Shown: positions 1 through 15,695 of the stretch, piece after piece
How positions within the stretch are numbered: the first letter of the stretch is position 1
Layout: each line of letters begins with the position of its first letter
Origin: Paraspadella gotoi
Lineage: Eukaryota > Animalia > Chaetognatha
Assembly: GCA_051294375.1 (NCBI GenBank)
Contig: CM119268.1
Location: 4,441,162 to 4,505,161 of the forward strand
Direction of reading: 5' to 3'
DNA: 64,000 nucleotides
The notes under the pieces: generated by a model
The model's input: only the letters and a program-made list of their open reading frames with translations
Told to the model about the DNA's origin: nothing
Databases searched by the model: none
Translations under genes and position numbers: made by a program

Positions 1-159
1 GCGCACCCCTCTGCTTTTATTTTTTATTTCTCGATTATTTTTTTTTTTTTTCGGACGATTATTTTTTATTTTTTTTTTTGTGTTTTTTTTTTTTATTTCT
101 GTATTTTGCTTGTTTAAATCTCTTCTTTTTTTTTCATTCATTATATTTTTTTTTCTCTG

Positions 160-1160
160 TATTTAAACTCAAATTTCACTGGTAACGTTTCCACTTGAAA
201 AACTTTATATTCAAGCTCGTCACACATTTTCCATACCCACACACAAAATTTCAACCAATCTAACATCCAATTATGATTAATTAGAGAAATTTATTGGTTA
301 AAATAAGTAAAAAAGATTTATAGTAAATTCGACTTATAGTTTTTCCATTTTAAATCTAATTTCCACTCACACGATTCCATCGAAACTTTATATCCAGCTT
401 TATCACACCACTTTTCACTAACTACACACACAAAATTTATTTCCAATCCAACCAGCCAATCACGAAGTTATGGAGCTTTTTGCTAAGATTAGACGGATGG
501 ACGGATTGATTGACTAATTAATTAATTATTTGATTAATTTATTTACTATTGATTAATTAACTGATTAATTATTTGATTTATTAATACATTCCTGCATATA
601 CATTTAATTATAAAACGGAAAAAAAGCATAATTAATTAGTAAAACAGGTTTTTGTTTTTTTTTCATTTAAACTCATTTCCACTCAAACTATTCCATCGAA
701 ACTTGATTTCCCTGTTCAATCCACCACTCCTACCCACATACAAATTCCAGGTCAATCACCGCATCACACTCATGAGCAATTGGTGTTCAAATAGTGGAAT
801 ATTTTTTTTTGTTTTTTCCATTAAATCATTTTCCAAACTCGGACGATTCATCGAAACTTCATATCCAGCACTCAATCACACAGCTTACGCTATCGCTCAC
901 ATCAAAAATTTCATTTAAAATTCCACTCGCATCCAATCACGAGTAATTGGTGTTTTTGTCTAAGGGTGGGACGGACGGAGGACGGACGGACATAGACAGA
1001 CGGACGGACGGAACATTCATTTTTTTTTGCATAATTTATCATAATTCATGTTCTGAACATGATATAAGTGTGTGCCCGACAATATTGAGGGGCGGGACCG
1101 AACGGACCGAAAAATGAGTTATAAGAGGTCGGGATCTGCTGATAAGCAGATCCGACTAAT
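160..1160 (-). mobile_element. Non-autonomous Helentron/HINE (DINE-1-like) element with an internal array of ~155-185 bp diverged units
   Basis: About 4 related units (cgaaactttatatccagct...cacacaaaattt...ccaatc, starting near 165, 350, 670 and 820), a (GGAC/AGAC)n microsatellite at 968-1011, and a terminal hairpin gtcgggatctgct-gata-agcagatccgac (1128-1156) ending in actaat. This layout is typical of HINE-type elements. Confidence 0.5.
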
Positions 1161-2099
1161 TAAATAGACAAACGAATAGACGTAATTTCTAGCAAATCTC
1201 GAAACGTTCCCAAAAAGAAAAAAAAAAGGGTAGGCAAAAAAGATAAAAAGGAAAAAAATATGTAAAAAAGATAAGAAACTTTTTTTTCCGCGCTTTATGT
1301 CACAGCACCCAAATAATTATGTGAGAGGGGGAAAAAAAAGAGAAAAGGAAAAAGGCATTTCCCAAAACTCCTGGAATAAAATTAGCCTCATATGATTAAT
1401 CGAGCTTGGATTAAGGGGGAGCGAGTGTTTGGAATGACATGATGGACGCGATAAATTTTAAGGAGGGAAAATGATTAATAAATAAAGTGATTTAAGTGAG
1501 TGATGAACGTTTTCTGACAATTTTGAGAACAGGGATCAGGAGAGTTCTTCAGGCTGAAAATACTTTTCTTTTGATTGTTAATGGAATACTAAGCAATAGT
1601 ATCTTACGAACCTTTATTCATTTAACTTGTTCTTTAAAAATTCGTAGATTTTTATAAGATTTTGGGCATTTTGTTTACTAGACATTTTTGCTTTTTTCAG
1701 TGAGTGTAAATTTTAGAACAATTTTTTTTCCCTACAAAAAGAAATTTATGTAAGAACAAAATCTAAAAAAATGTATCCTTATAAAGAACTCTTTATAAAA
1801 CAAAAAAATTAGATTTATATGACCTTTCGTTTATTTTTTTATGAAAATGGAGATTTATAAATTTATTTGTTCTTTTTTTTTTATAACGAGAACGGTAAAT
1901 TCAAAGGTTTGACAGTGACAGTGACTGCCTATCACGTGTATGTTCTCGGACAATAACATGATATACATGACGTCACATGATCTACCTGACAAACAATAAC
2001 TTTCTTAGGCCCGTGTATTCTGACACGCACTGCATCGGAATTTTGTTTTGTACTCTTTATAGTTTATAATGATTTGCGAAGTTATGCAAGTTATGATGC

Positions 2100-2219
2100 C
2101 ATTTTTAAACTCAAAGTGGGACAGACTGCGCGGACAAGACATACCGGACCTACGGTCCCGAACCGACAGAGCGACCGAAAAGTTGACCTATAGAGTTTTG
2201 CGACGCGGGGCAACTAAAA
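2100..2219 (-). mobile_element. Terminus of a second HINE/Helentron-like element
   Basis: gaaccgac...gaccgaaaagttgacctatagagtt...gcaactaaaa parallels ggaccgaacggaccgaaaaatgagttataagaggtc...gactaat at 1095-1160. Confidence 0.35.
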
Positions 2220-2762
2220 CACGAAATAAATATGATGGTGGTTTTCGACTCAACTAAAACTAAAGCAATTTACAAATCCCCTCACCACCAGCTGCTCTCT
2301 GCTCTCTCTCTCTCTCTCTCTTCTCTCTCCTCTCTCTCTCTCATCCTCTCTCTCTTCTCTCTCTCCTCTCTCTTCTCTCTCCTCTCCTCTTCTTATCCGC
2401 GCATATGCAAGAACACGCCTTTAAGCAACGTCCAGGGTTTGAAAGAAGAGGCCTTGGCGCTCTTTTACGGCACAAAAAAATGGCGCCTCCTTCCTCTTCC
2501 CTGCTCCTTCTCTCTATCCTTTCTTCCTCTCTCTCTCTTCTAAGCTGACAGCCCTCTCTACTCTCTTTCTCTTCTTCTTTTCTTCATTCTCTCAATATAA
2601 GCGCTTGAAACGCCTTAAAAATTTAGAGACCTTTACCAATCTCTCTCTCTCTTTTCATTTTCTCTCCCTCAATTCTCTCACACCCTCTCTCTCTCTCTCG
2701 CTGATCTCTTTCCCTCTCTCTCACACTCTTCGCGCGTCTCAGTCTTAGACTAAGAAATAGAG

Positions 2763-2821
<59 letters not shown>

Positions 2822-3234
2822 AGAAGAGTGAGAGAATAAGAAAAAGGAGAGAGAGAAGAGAGAAAGAGAGCCGAGAGAGAGATTTCTAAAAAGTCTCCTA
2901 AATTTTTTCAGTCGAGACGAACTACAACGCCTTATGTATAACATCACATCTAACACCCAGAATGTCACGCTAATGTTTGGTTTCACAAACAAAAACGTTA
3001 CGCCTAACGCAAACAAAAACCAGAAAAGATATCTCATTCAACTCTGGCAATCTTTCCACGTTGTCTAGGATTTCGTTTCCCCAATGGTGGCATCGTTCTG
3101 CAGGCCAATAGCAACCATTGATGTGGCGATCGAACGGCCTACGACCATGACGGATCTTAAGACGCCCAAATATGGGGAGCAAACGACGTCGTCCGTTGCG
3201 CAGCTATCTCTCTCTTTCTTCCTTTCTCTCATTT

Positions 3235-3293
<59 letters not shown>

Positions 3294-4269
3294 CTCTGCT
3301 CTCTCCTCTCTCTCTTCTCTCTTGCTCTCTCTCTCTCTCTCTCCTATATCACTCCGGCCTAAAATTCTCATTTTTTTTCGACGCGTTGTTTACATCGGTC
3401 AAAATATTTATCAGTCTTCTTTCCCTTTTTCAACTCACCCTATTTGCACATTCACTCATCGAACCTTACCCGCTTTCTAACCCCCCCACCTTCCCCGCCC
3501 CCTGTCTGTCCTTTCCCCGGCTCTCTTTTCCGAAAGCGCCTCAATTCCTCTCCAAAATCCCTGAAAGTTATTATAATCTCAATTTTTAACGATAATCTGT
3601 CACTAAATAATAAAATTGAGCCCACTAAACTTTTTCTCATAATTTAATCCCGAATTTAAGATGAAATGAGGAGTTTTTGGAAAACAAGGCCCATGACCCC
3701 AACCCACCTCAATTTTTTTTTCTCTCACCATCAAATTCCTCATCTTCACCTTTTTTTGTCTCAGATTCAACGTACGGTTTTCGTCGCCTCCCGTGTTTAT
3801 GAGTTGATGGGTTTATGGTCCCTCAGGCGGGAGTCGAAGCTTTATGTCGCTTTTATGGTTTGGGGAAGATTGAATATCAACTCCGTCAGGTCAAAGGAAG
3901 GCGGGTGAATCGCCGCCAAGGTTGTGGTTGGTTGTTGTGATTGGTTGTTGTAATTGGTTCTTGGGGTTGGTTGTTGTTATTTTTGTTATTTTCAATATTT
4001 TATGTCGTTATTGTGGTTGTTGTTTTTATTCTATTATTGCTGTTGCTGTTGTCATATTTTTCGTTTAGTTAGTTTGTAAACTTAACAATAACGACGACAA
4101 CAACAACAACAACGACAACAACAACGACAAGATCCAGATTGAACTTCTCACGGTTTGATTTAAATAAAAAAAGATCACCGGTGAAAGAGAGATAGCGGAG
4201 ATTGTGAATCAATGAAGTCAGAAACATCTGCGAGTTTCGCGTGATTCGTTGCGAACTCGATTAAAAGTG

Positions 4270-4300
<31 letters not shown>

Positions 4301-4829
4301 NNNNNNNNNNNNNNNNNNNNNNNNNNNNNNNNNNNNNNNNNNNNNNNNNNNNNNNNNNNNNNNNNNNNNNNNNNNNNNNNNNNNNNNNNNNNNNNNNNNN
4401 NNNNNNNNNNNNNNNNNNNNNNNNNNNNNNNNNNNNNNNNNNNNNNNNNNNNNNNNNNNNNNNNNNNNNNNNNNNNNNNNNNNNNNNNNNNNNNNNNNNN
4501 NNNNNNNNNNNNNNNNNNNNNNNNNNNNNNNNNNNNNNNNNNNNNNNNNNNNNNNNCTCTCTCTCTCGCTCTCTCTCACATTTTTCATTCTCTGTTGTTC
4601 GAAAAGCAAAACATAAAAGTTAATGCAATTTTAATAAAAAGATATTTTAACGATTATCATAATAACAAAGTTTATACAAAAAATCAAACTTTTTTGATAA
4701 AAAGAAAACTTTTCAAAACAAATAAGTGAAAATTGTTTCTTTTTTTTTAGAACTGACAACGACTTTATTGTACTTTTGCTTTCTATTTTTAGTTTAACAA
4801 GAACAACAACAACAACAAAAAGCAGCAAA

Positions 4830-4932
4830 ATGAAGATCTTGATCTTTTGCTTTTTGTCGTTTTTCTTTTTTTCTCCGCCAACAGAAGCGCGACCCGCGGT
4901 CGAGGACGAAATAACAGGTAGACTCTCCCTCT

Positions 4933-4983
<51 letters not shown>

Positions 4984-5598
4984 CTCTCTCTCTCTCTCTC
5001 TCTCTGTCTTTCGCTCTCTCTTACCATCGACATCTATGACTTTAGAACTCAAACTTTTTTTTTTTCAGTTGATGATGCGGTTCCTTTTTGGATCATAGAA
5101 GCTCTTTCCGAAGGTCAAAAATATATATATATATATTTTACCTCATTTAATATGATATTTGGGCATTATTACGGATAAAATTCGCCCACAATATCCTTAA
5201 ATTTGAATATTTTTTTTCAACGTAAGATCGCAATAAATGATTGCGGTCAGAAATAGAGACAAAGAGATTCACACAGAGAAAAACAAAATAAGCAAAAACT
5301 CTTAAATTCCTTTCTGTCTTCAGGTGATCTCGTGAAAGTCGCCGAAATTCTTTTGCAACACGTGCAACACGTGATCGCCACCGGGAAAAACGTTGCAGGT
5401 GCAAGAATCAGCATCAGTAGAGGATCTGTCTGAATGGCTGTCATTGTAATCTGATGCAGACTTAAAAAGGGGATTATCGTAAAAAAGTGGTATAATATTT
5501 CAAAGAAAGTTTCAATTGTATGAACTATGAAAAGATAGAATTATATTAGTTTACTATTTTCATTACTCGGCGTATTAGATATTCTGACATTCAGACAT

Positions 5599-5634
<36 letters not shown>

Positions 5635-6506
5635 NNNNNNNNNNNNNNNNNNNNNNNNNNNNNNNNNNNNNNNNNNNNNNNNNNNNNNNNNNNNNNNNNN
5701 NNNNNNNNNNNNNNNNNNNNNNNNNNNNNNNNNNNNNNNNNNNNNNNNNNNNNNNNNNNNNNNNNNNNNNNNNNNNNNNNNNNNNNNNNNNNNNNNNNNN
5801 NNNNNNNNNNNNNNNNNNCATGGTCGTGGAACAGCTCGTCAACGCAATCGAGAAAAAGATTCCCGAAGCATCGGAGGAGCTGAAGACTAAGATGAAGGAA
5901 TTACTGGAGCGNNNNNNNNNNNNNNNNNNNNNNNNNNNNNNNNNNNNNNNNNNNNNNNNNNNNNNNNNNNNNNNNNNNNNNNNNNNNNNNNNNNNNNNNN
6001 NNNNNNNNNNNNNNNNNNNNNNNNNNNNNNNNNNNNNNNNNNNNNNNNNNNNNNNNNNNNNNNNNNNNNNNNNNNNNNNNNNNNNNNNNNNNNNNNNNNN
6101 NNNNNNNNNNNNNNNNNNNNNNNNNNNNNNNNNNNNNNNNNNNNNNNNNNNNNNNNNNNNNNNNNNNNNNNNNNNNNNNNNNNNNNNNNNNNNNNNNNNN
6201 NNNNNNNNNNNNNNNNNNNNNNNNNNNNNNNNNNNNNNNNNNNNNNNNNNNNNNNNNNNNNNNNNNNNNNNNNNNNNNNNNNNNNNNNNNNNNNNNNNNN
6301 NNNNNNNNNNNNNNNNNNNNNNNNNNNNNNNNNNNNNNNNNNNNNNNNNNNNNNNNNNNNNNNNNNNNNNNNNNNNTTTCTCCCTCTCTCTATCTCACCC
6401 TCCCTCTCTCTGTCTCTCACAGGAGGTGATAAATCAAATCAAGAATCAAGTCGGCGGAATTGTCGAAACTGGGAAAAACATTAAGGATATCATTAAAAAC
6501 ATAATC

Positions 6507-6515
<9 letters not shown>
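4830..6515 (+). CDS. Multi-exon gene for a small secreted amphipathic alpha-helical protein (partly in gaps)
   Basis: Exons 4830-4917 (MKILIFCFLSFFFFSPPTEARPAVEDEIT, signal peptide-like), 5069-5113 (VDDAVPFWIIEALSE), 5324-5398 (GDLVKVAEILLQHVQHVIATGKNVA), ~5819-5910 (MVVEQLVNAIEKKIPEASEELKTKMKELLE) and 6423-6515 (EVINQIKNQVGGIVETGKNIKDIIKNIIVG*). All visible splice sites are GT or AG, acceptors have pyrimidine tracts, and phase 1 is kept across exons 1-3. Confidence 0.8.
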
Positions 6516-9065
<2,550 letters not shown>

Positions 9066-10306
9066 TCTCTCTCTCTCTTCTCTTTCTTGGATTCCATCAG
9101 AGAGAGGCTTTAGTAAGAAATCCTTTCCAACCCAAACACCCAAAGAAATTGTCTCGACTTTTTTTTCGATAGGAATTTACGTCTCAAATAGAAGAAAATG
9201 AAAGTAATAAAGGAGGAAAGAAAACAAATAAATAGATAAAAAGGAAAAAAGGAAAAAAAAGAAAAAAATGAAAAGAAAAAAGAAAGAAACAAGGAAACAA
9301 AAAAACGAAAGAAAGAAACAAAGCTAAAAAGAAACAACTCATAAATCAAATAAACGAAATAATACGAGTGAAAATTGCGTCATAAATTCTTGAGAATTCG
9401 CATCAAATTTTTTGTTTTGTTCAATTTATGAATCTTGACGAAATAATAAAAAAAACCATTAGAAGAATCGTACGGTAAAGATTTTTCCATATTTCATTCT
9501 AGTAACTACGAAAAAAAAAGATTCACTTTCCTACATTTAAAAAAGAATTAATTATCATTTTAAAAGATAAACATGTTCCATGAATCTATAAAGCAAAGAT
9601 TATGCGCTTAAGAGAAGACAGCACGCGCTCAGTGCGAGTGTCGCTTCCTGCAGCGAGAACGAAAGAGGCAGGCCAGGAACCAACTGAATCATGCTCTCTC
9701 TCTCTCTCTCTCTNNNNNNNNNNNNNNNNNNNNNNNNNNNNNNNNNNNNNNNNNNNNNNNNNNNNNNNNNNNNNNNNNNNNNNNNNNNNNNNNNNNNNNN
9801 NNNNNNNNNNNNNNNNNNNNNNNNNNNNNNNNNNNNNNNNNNNNNNNNNNNNNNNNNNNNNNNNNNNNNNNNNNNNNNNNNNNNNNNNNNNNNNNNNNNN
9901 NCCGACTCTGTAGCCATTTTTCAAATTTTTGGCGCAAATAATTTCTAATGGGAAGAATCGTCCACAGATGCGCGGAGGCTTCCGTCTCTCTCTTTTTAAC
10001 TCTACCCTTCTCCCTTAGGAGGTGAGAGGCGGGGATAAGTTCAACGATTAACGTTTCAAAACACTTCCTCCTCGCCCCGCCCCCCTTTTTTTCGAAGAGA
10101 AAGAATGACAAATGGTTAAAGGTTGTTCAGTCATTAATATTTTAGCCCAACAGAAACAGATCCTGTTGTAGCAGAGCGAGGCAACGTTGGGCAAAATAAT
10201 CGCATCAACTTGGGAAAACTACTTTTGTGCACGTGAGTAGTTTGTTTGTTAATGATTTATTAATGATATGTATACATAAGCGACGTCTCTCGATAGGGAA
10301 AACGGA

Positions 10307-10417
<111 letters not shown>

Positions 10418-10740
10418 ATGAAGATGGAAAATGTTTTTTTATTCTGTTTTTAAATGTCATAGATTCGAGGAAGACTTTCGCGCAATTCAATGAATGAATT
10501 TATAGAGAATTAACTGAAAAAATAAATTCACACTCAATCACGTCCAAGCCAGCACAATTAACCCCCCCCAGGATCAATTGAGTTGACTTTGTTAATCTTT
10601 TCCTCAACTCCTCAAATCCTCACTAATACTTTCCCCTTTCCTTTCACTTTCTCTCTCTTCACTTCTTTCTGAGTCACAAACATCGTCGTTCACAAGATTT
10701 CACTTAACCTCTCCTCTCCTTTATTGATCGATTCCCATCG

Positions 10741-11120
10741 CCTCTCATCTCCTTTATCGATTGATCGAGGTCATTGCCCCCCTGATTTCCTTTACCTCTC
10801 ATCTCCTTTATCAATCGATCGAGGTCATTGCCCCCCAGATTCCCTTTCGATTCTCATCTCCTTTATCGATTGGTTGAGGTCATTGCCCCCCAGATTTCCT
10901 TCACCTCTCATATCCTTTATTGATCAATACAGGTCATTGCCCCCCAGATTTTCTTTACCTCTCATCTCCTTTATTGATCGATCAAGGTCATTGCCCCCAA
11001 GATTTTCTTTACTCTCTCTCTTTATCTCCTTTATCGATCAATTGAAGTCATTGCCCACCAGATTTTGTTGGCCTGTTATCTCCTTTATGGATTGATAGAG
11101 GTCATTGCTCCCCAGATTTT
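10741..11120. repeat. ~54-bp minisatellite, ~7 units
   Basis: Unit cctctcatctcctttatcgattgatcgaggtcattgccccccagatttccttta starts at ~10741, 10795, 10850, 10904, 10958, 11018 and 11072. Confidence 0.9.
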
Positions 11121-11130
11121 TTCATTCCTT

Positions 11131-11304
11131 TAAATGAAAATAAAGACGAAGTCTTATAAACAACGATTTGAATTGTAATATTGCAGTACATATTTCGGAT
11201 TTCATGCAAACGCGATGATAAAGGCTTGCATGAAAGCCGAAACATGTCCTGCTATATTACAATTCAAATCGTTGTTGATAAGACTTCGTCTTTATTTTCA
11301 TTTA
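11131..11304. mobile_element. 174-bp near-perfect hairpin (MITE-like or inverted Penelope terminal repeat)
   Basis: The ~80-bp arm taaatgaaaataaagacgaagtctta...tttcatgcaa pairs with ttgcatgaaa...taagacttcgtctttattttcattta across a short loop. Confidence 0.8.
11215..11248 (+). ncRNA. Degenerate minimal hammerhead ribozyme-like motif
   Basis: ATGATAA-A-GGCTT(gcatga)AAGCC-GAAA-CATG-TC: stem II, GAAA core, palindromic ACATGT stem III and UH site. The CUGANGA box has two mismatches. Confidence 0.45.
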
Positions 11305-11351
11305 TCTAAAATACAACGAAAAGAAAGAACTTTCCCAATTTCTTTCCTTTA

Positions 11352-11417
11352 TATTATTATTATATTTATTTTTATTATTATTATTATTATCTTAAGTTTT
11401 AATTTCTTTATTATTTA

Positions 11418-11511
<94 letters not shown>

Positions 11512-11515
11512 TTAT
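11352..11515. repeat. (TTA)n microsatellite
   Basis: Direct reading. Confidence 0.95.
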
Positions 11516-11929
11516 TGACTGAGTTTCAAAATGGAGACGATTGAGGTTTCAAATCTAAAAAAGAGGATTAAAAGCAGTTCGATTTTTTTGTAAATAAACG
11601 AGAATAATCAATAAAATTATTAATATTATTGTTATTTTTGTTATTATTATTATTATTATTTATTGTTACAATTACAATTAAAATCAATTATTTTTATTTT
11701 ATATTATATTATTATATTTTCGATCAGAGAATTCGTCATAGTAAACATCTTCCCTCTTTAAATCAGCTCCCCCCCTCCGGCCACCCTCCCCCCTCCGCGA
11801 TTTCCAACGAGTCTCACCCGATGGCAAAAGAGAGAGAGAGAGACTATTTCCTGTTTACAATAGAATCCAATCCTTCTCACTTTCTTTCTCCAATTTTCTC
11901 TCTCCATTTTTCCCCTTTTTTTTCTTCCA

Positions 11930-11961
<32 letters not shown>

Positions 11962-12018
11962 TTCAATCTCTCTCCCGTCCATCAAAACGTCCAGTATTTT
12001 TTTGCCTTTACGACCGTC

Positions 12019-12078
<60 letters not shown>

Positions 12079-12727
12079 GGCCGTTTTTGTCATTCACTGT
12101 TGGCTTCTATTTAGACTCTCGGTCGTTTCTCTGTTTCTCCCTCCTCTCTCCAGCCATTCTCCATCCTCTCACCATCTTTTCTCCATCAAAACTCCATCAA
12201 GATCTCGTCTTCAAAAAAAAAAGGGAAGAAAAAAAGAGCATCTTCGATTTTTCGACCTCCGCTTTGCTTTTTCTTTTCGCTCCATTTGAAACCAACTTTC
12301 CATCCATATTTTGCCATTTTAACCAAAATCTGTCGCAAATGTTCATCCCAATTTTTAAACTGCTATAAAAATAAAACTAACCTTTTAACCTGGAACTTCA
12401 ATTTACTACTTACAATCTTACTATTAAATTTTTCATTATTTCTATATATTTTTATGCATATATATCAATTTGGATAATTTTCATCTCAACCTACCATTTC
12501 ATTATTGTATAAATATTCTCTTTTTTTTTTATTCTCCACATCTTTTTTTTCTGTTCTCCTTCTTTCTTTTTTCTTCTGAACCTTCTTTTCTTTTTATTCT
12601 CCTTCTTTTTTTTTCTTATTTTCCTTCTTTCGTTTCTCCTTCTTCTTCGCTTTCTCCTTCTTTGTCCTTGGCCGAACTGCTGTAGTGGCATCCCCATGAT
12701 TTACGGGTCACCACGCTTTTCTCATTT

Positions 12728-12784
<57 letters not shown>

Positions 12785-12874
12785 TTTTCTTTCTTCTTTC
12801 TTCTTTCCCTCTTTCTTTTCTTTCCCTCTTGTCCTTTTTTTTTCTTCTTTCTTTCTCTTTTTTCTTTTCTTTTT

Positions 12875-12906
<32 letters not shown>

Positions 12907-14919
12907 TTCTTTTCTTCTTCATCATTAATTTTTCTTTTTTAATTTACGGTTTACTTTCTTTTCTGTCTATAGCTGAGGTTAATATACGTAGGAAAACAAT
13001 AAACGTCGTAACGACGCCGAAAAAAACGACGGACGAAGACGAAGACACCCGTACGAAGACGACGAAGACGACGACGACAAAAATGACGACGACGACGACT
13101 AAAAGGAAAAAGACTCGTGTCAATTTGAGGCACCTGCTTCAGCTACAAGACGACGCCAACAACACGATAACGACGTTCGTAGCGTTATGACCAAATAAAG
13201 AAAGTCCACATTGAAAAAACAAAGACCCAGAACGACCGAAGGCATCATCTGTTTCAAGCCCCTCCTCCAATAAAACTTTTCTTAACGCGACGCCATTTTT
13301 ACTTTCCATTTTCCTCAGGCCCCCTTCGTCTTCCTCCTTCAACCTTTCTTATTTTTTTAATATCCTTGATTCTCTATATTTCTATCTTCCCTTAAAGTCG
13401 GCGATTCAAATCCTCTTTCCATTTACTTTAATCTCTTCTACATAATTCATAATTCAGCACTATTTAACAAATAATAATATTGATTTTTAAGCTCGTTTTT
13501 TAAACTAAAAACTAAATGCAAATGAGGTTTGAAGTGGGCTCTAAAAAATAAATGATCAATCCGAAAGTCAAGCGGCTAAACTCCTTGGAATTCGAGTTCA
13601 TTTTCCCATAACTTCCACCTTATCTCTCCACTTCCTACCCCCCCTTTTCTTTCTAAGTATTCACCACTTCCTCCTCCTCCCCTATCCTCCTTCTTCCCTC
13701 CCCTTCCTCTCCTCCCCTCTTCTCTCCTTCTCGCCCCCCCTTCCTTTCACCTCCCCTCCCCCCCTGTTTCTTCTTCCCCCCCTCCCAACCTTCTTCCCCC
13801 CCTCTCTCCTCCCCCCCCCCCTCCTCTTCTTCCCCCCCTTTCTCCCACTTTCATCCTCCCTATCTCCTCTTCTTGCCTCTCCCTCTTCCTCTCCTCCCCC
13901 CTCTCCTCTTCCCTCCCCCTTTTCCTCTCCTCTCCTCTCTTCTTCTTCTCTCCCCCTCCTTCCTCTCTCTTCTTCAATTTCGCGAAAAAAAAGTCGAATT
14001 CGTGCGGAAGCGAAATTCAGTTCATGAGTACCGAGCCTTCGCTTTTTCTTCTTATACTCTTCTCTCTCTCTCTCTCTCTCTCTCTCCTCTCTCTCTTCTC
14101 TCTCTCTTCTCCTCTTCTCTCTCTCTCTCTCTCTCTCCCTTTCTTACATTTTTATTCTCTAAATCTTTCTCTTATCTCTCTGTCTCCCCTTTATTTCTGT
14201 CTCTTCCTTTTACTTTCTTCCTTTTCTTTTTCTTTCACCTTCCTTTCCCTTCTTTGGTTTTCCTTATTTACCACTCTAGCCTACTTTTTGCTTATTATCC
14301 CTTTTTTTAACGTTCTCCTCTATGAAAAAAGCGAGAAAAAAAAGGTTATATGTACCTCGTTATTTAAAATATAGAAAGATCGCAAGCAATCAGTTGAACG
14401 ATGACAACCCATCTAGTGGTCAAACAAATAGCATTTGGTAACATAAAAGTTTTTAAATTAATTAAATTGATAAATCTCTTGAAAATAACAAGGCTAAATA
14501 AACTTAAATAAATGAATTAAAGCAGAAAAGTAAACAATTAGGTGGCAATAAAACCAGTATGAAATTAATCCGTGATAAAACTCAGTGATTGAATCTCACA
14601 ACAACAAAAATTGAGGGAAAATTTACGTGAGCCAACCAGATTACGCCAAGCATCACATATTGTAATTTGTAAATAATCAATAATTCATTTTTTGCTTTAT
14701 ATTTCCACCTTGAATATCCTTTATTATCTTTCTATGTCCCCTTTTTTCCCTCACTTCCAGCTCCTCCCCTTCTTTTCCCCTTATTAGCCGCTCTCTCTCC
14801 GTCCACGCTCTCTTGAATATTTCATCAACTATATCGCCATTGTTCAGAGCTTAGTCGCTCGTCCGGACAGAGGGGGGAGAGAGGAGGGGTAAGAGGAGGG
14901 AAAGACCGGAGGAGGCATA

Positions 14920-15196
14920 TATAGCTAAACCCTGTTTGAGAGTGTGATTTCGACTGCCCCAACTGGTCATTTATATATGACTGATGAATTCACCCTCTCG
15001 TTTGCTAATAAATACACTCCCTACTTTTGAGCATCTTTCTATTCCTCCTCCGGCGCCTGAAAAACAGGTGGTGTCTCTGAAAAATAGGAGTGTATTTACA
15101 AGTAAATGAGAGCATGAATTCATAAATTATAAATCATGATTTTATTAGTAAGTTAGTGGTAGTCGAATTCATAGTCAAAAACAGCGCTTTACTATA
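14920..15196. mobile_element. ~280-bp imperfect palindromic MITE flanked by TA (second copy at 25591-25871)
   Basis: tatagctaaaccctgttt...gattcgact...atgaattca...taaatacactcc pairs with ggagtgtattta...tgaattcat...agtcgaat...aaacagcgctttactata. It interrupts a GGA-rich tract. Confidence 0.7.
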
Positions 15197-15555
15197 AGTG
15201 GAGCAGGAGAGGAGGGGAAGAAGAGGAGGAGTATTTTTTTTTTCTCAAACGAAAAAAAACGAGGGAAATGGGATTAGACGAAAATCGGAGTCAGAGAAAC
15301 ACAGTGACGCGTTTATCGGAAATAGTTACGGGCATTGATCCACGTTTAGAAGACGTTAACAAAATTAAAGAAGAAATAACGGCTGAAACAAGAAAAAAAT
15401 TCTCTGGATGTATTTATATATTTAAAAAAATGTTTAAACTCAACGTTTAAAAATAAAGAAATTACCTTAATGAGTTTGAAAAAGAGGCCTTTAGTATTTT
15501 TTCAAGGAAAAGACTCAACAGTCGATAATTCACGAGGAAACAGTGAATCGGTGAC

Positions 15556-15595
<40 letters not shown>

Positions 15596-15657
15596 ACGAC
15601 GCGACGTTGACGAGGAAACGCGATGAAAACATGGCGGAAATGCCGGATGGTGATGAG

Positions 15658-15695
<38 letters not shown>

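Noticed and set aside
3855-3908. MVWGRLNINSVRSK as an APE endonuclease or Tc1 fragment
   Set aside because: Too short, with no further motifs nearby.
10741-11120. CRISPR-like repeat/spacer appearance
   Set aside because: The variable parts are short and homologous to each other, the context is eukaryotic, and no cas genes are present.
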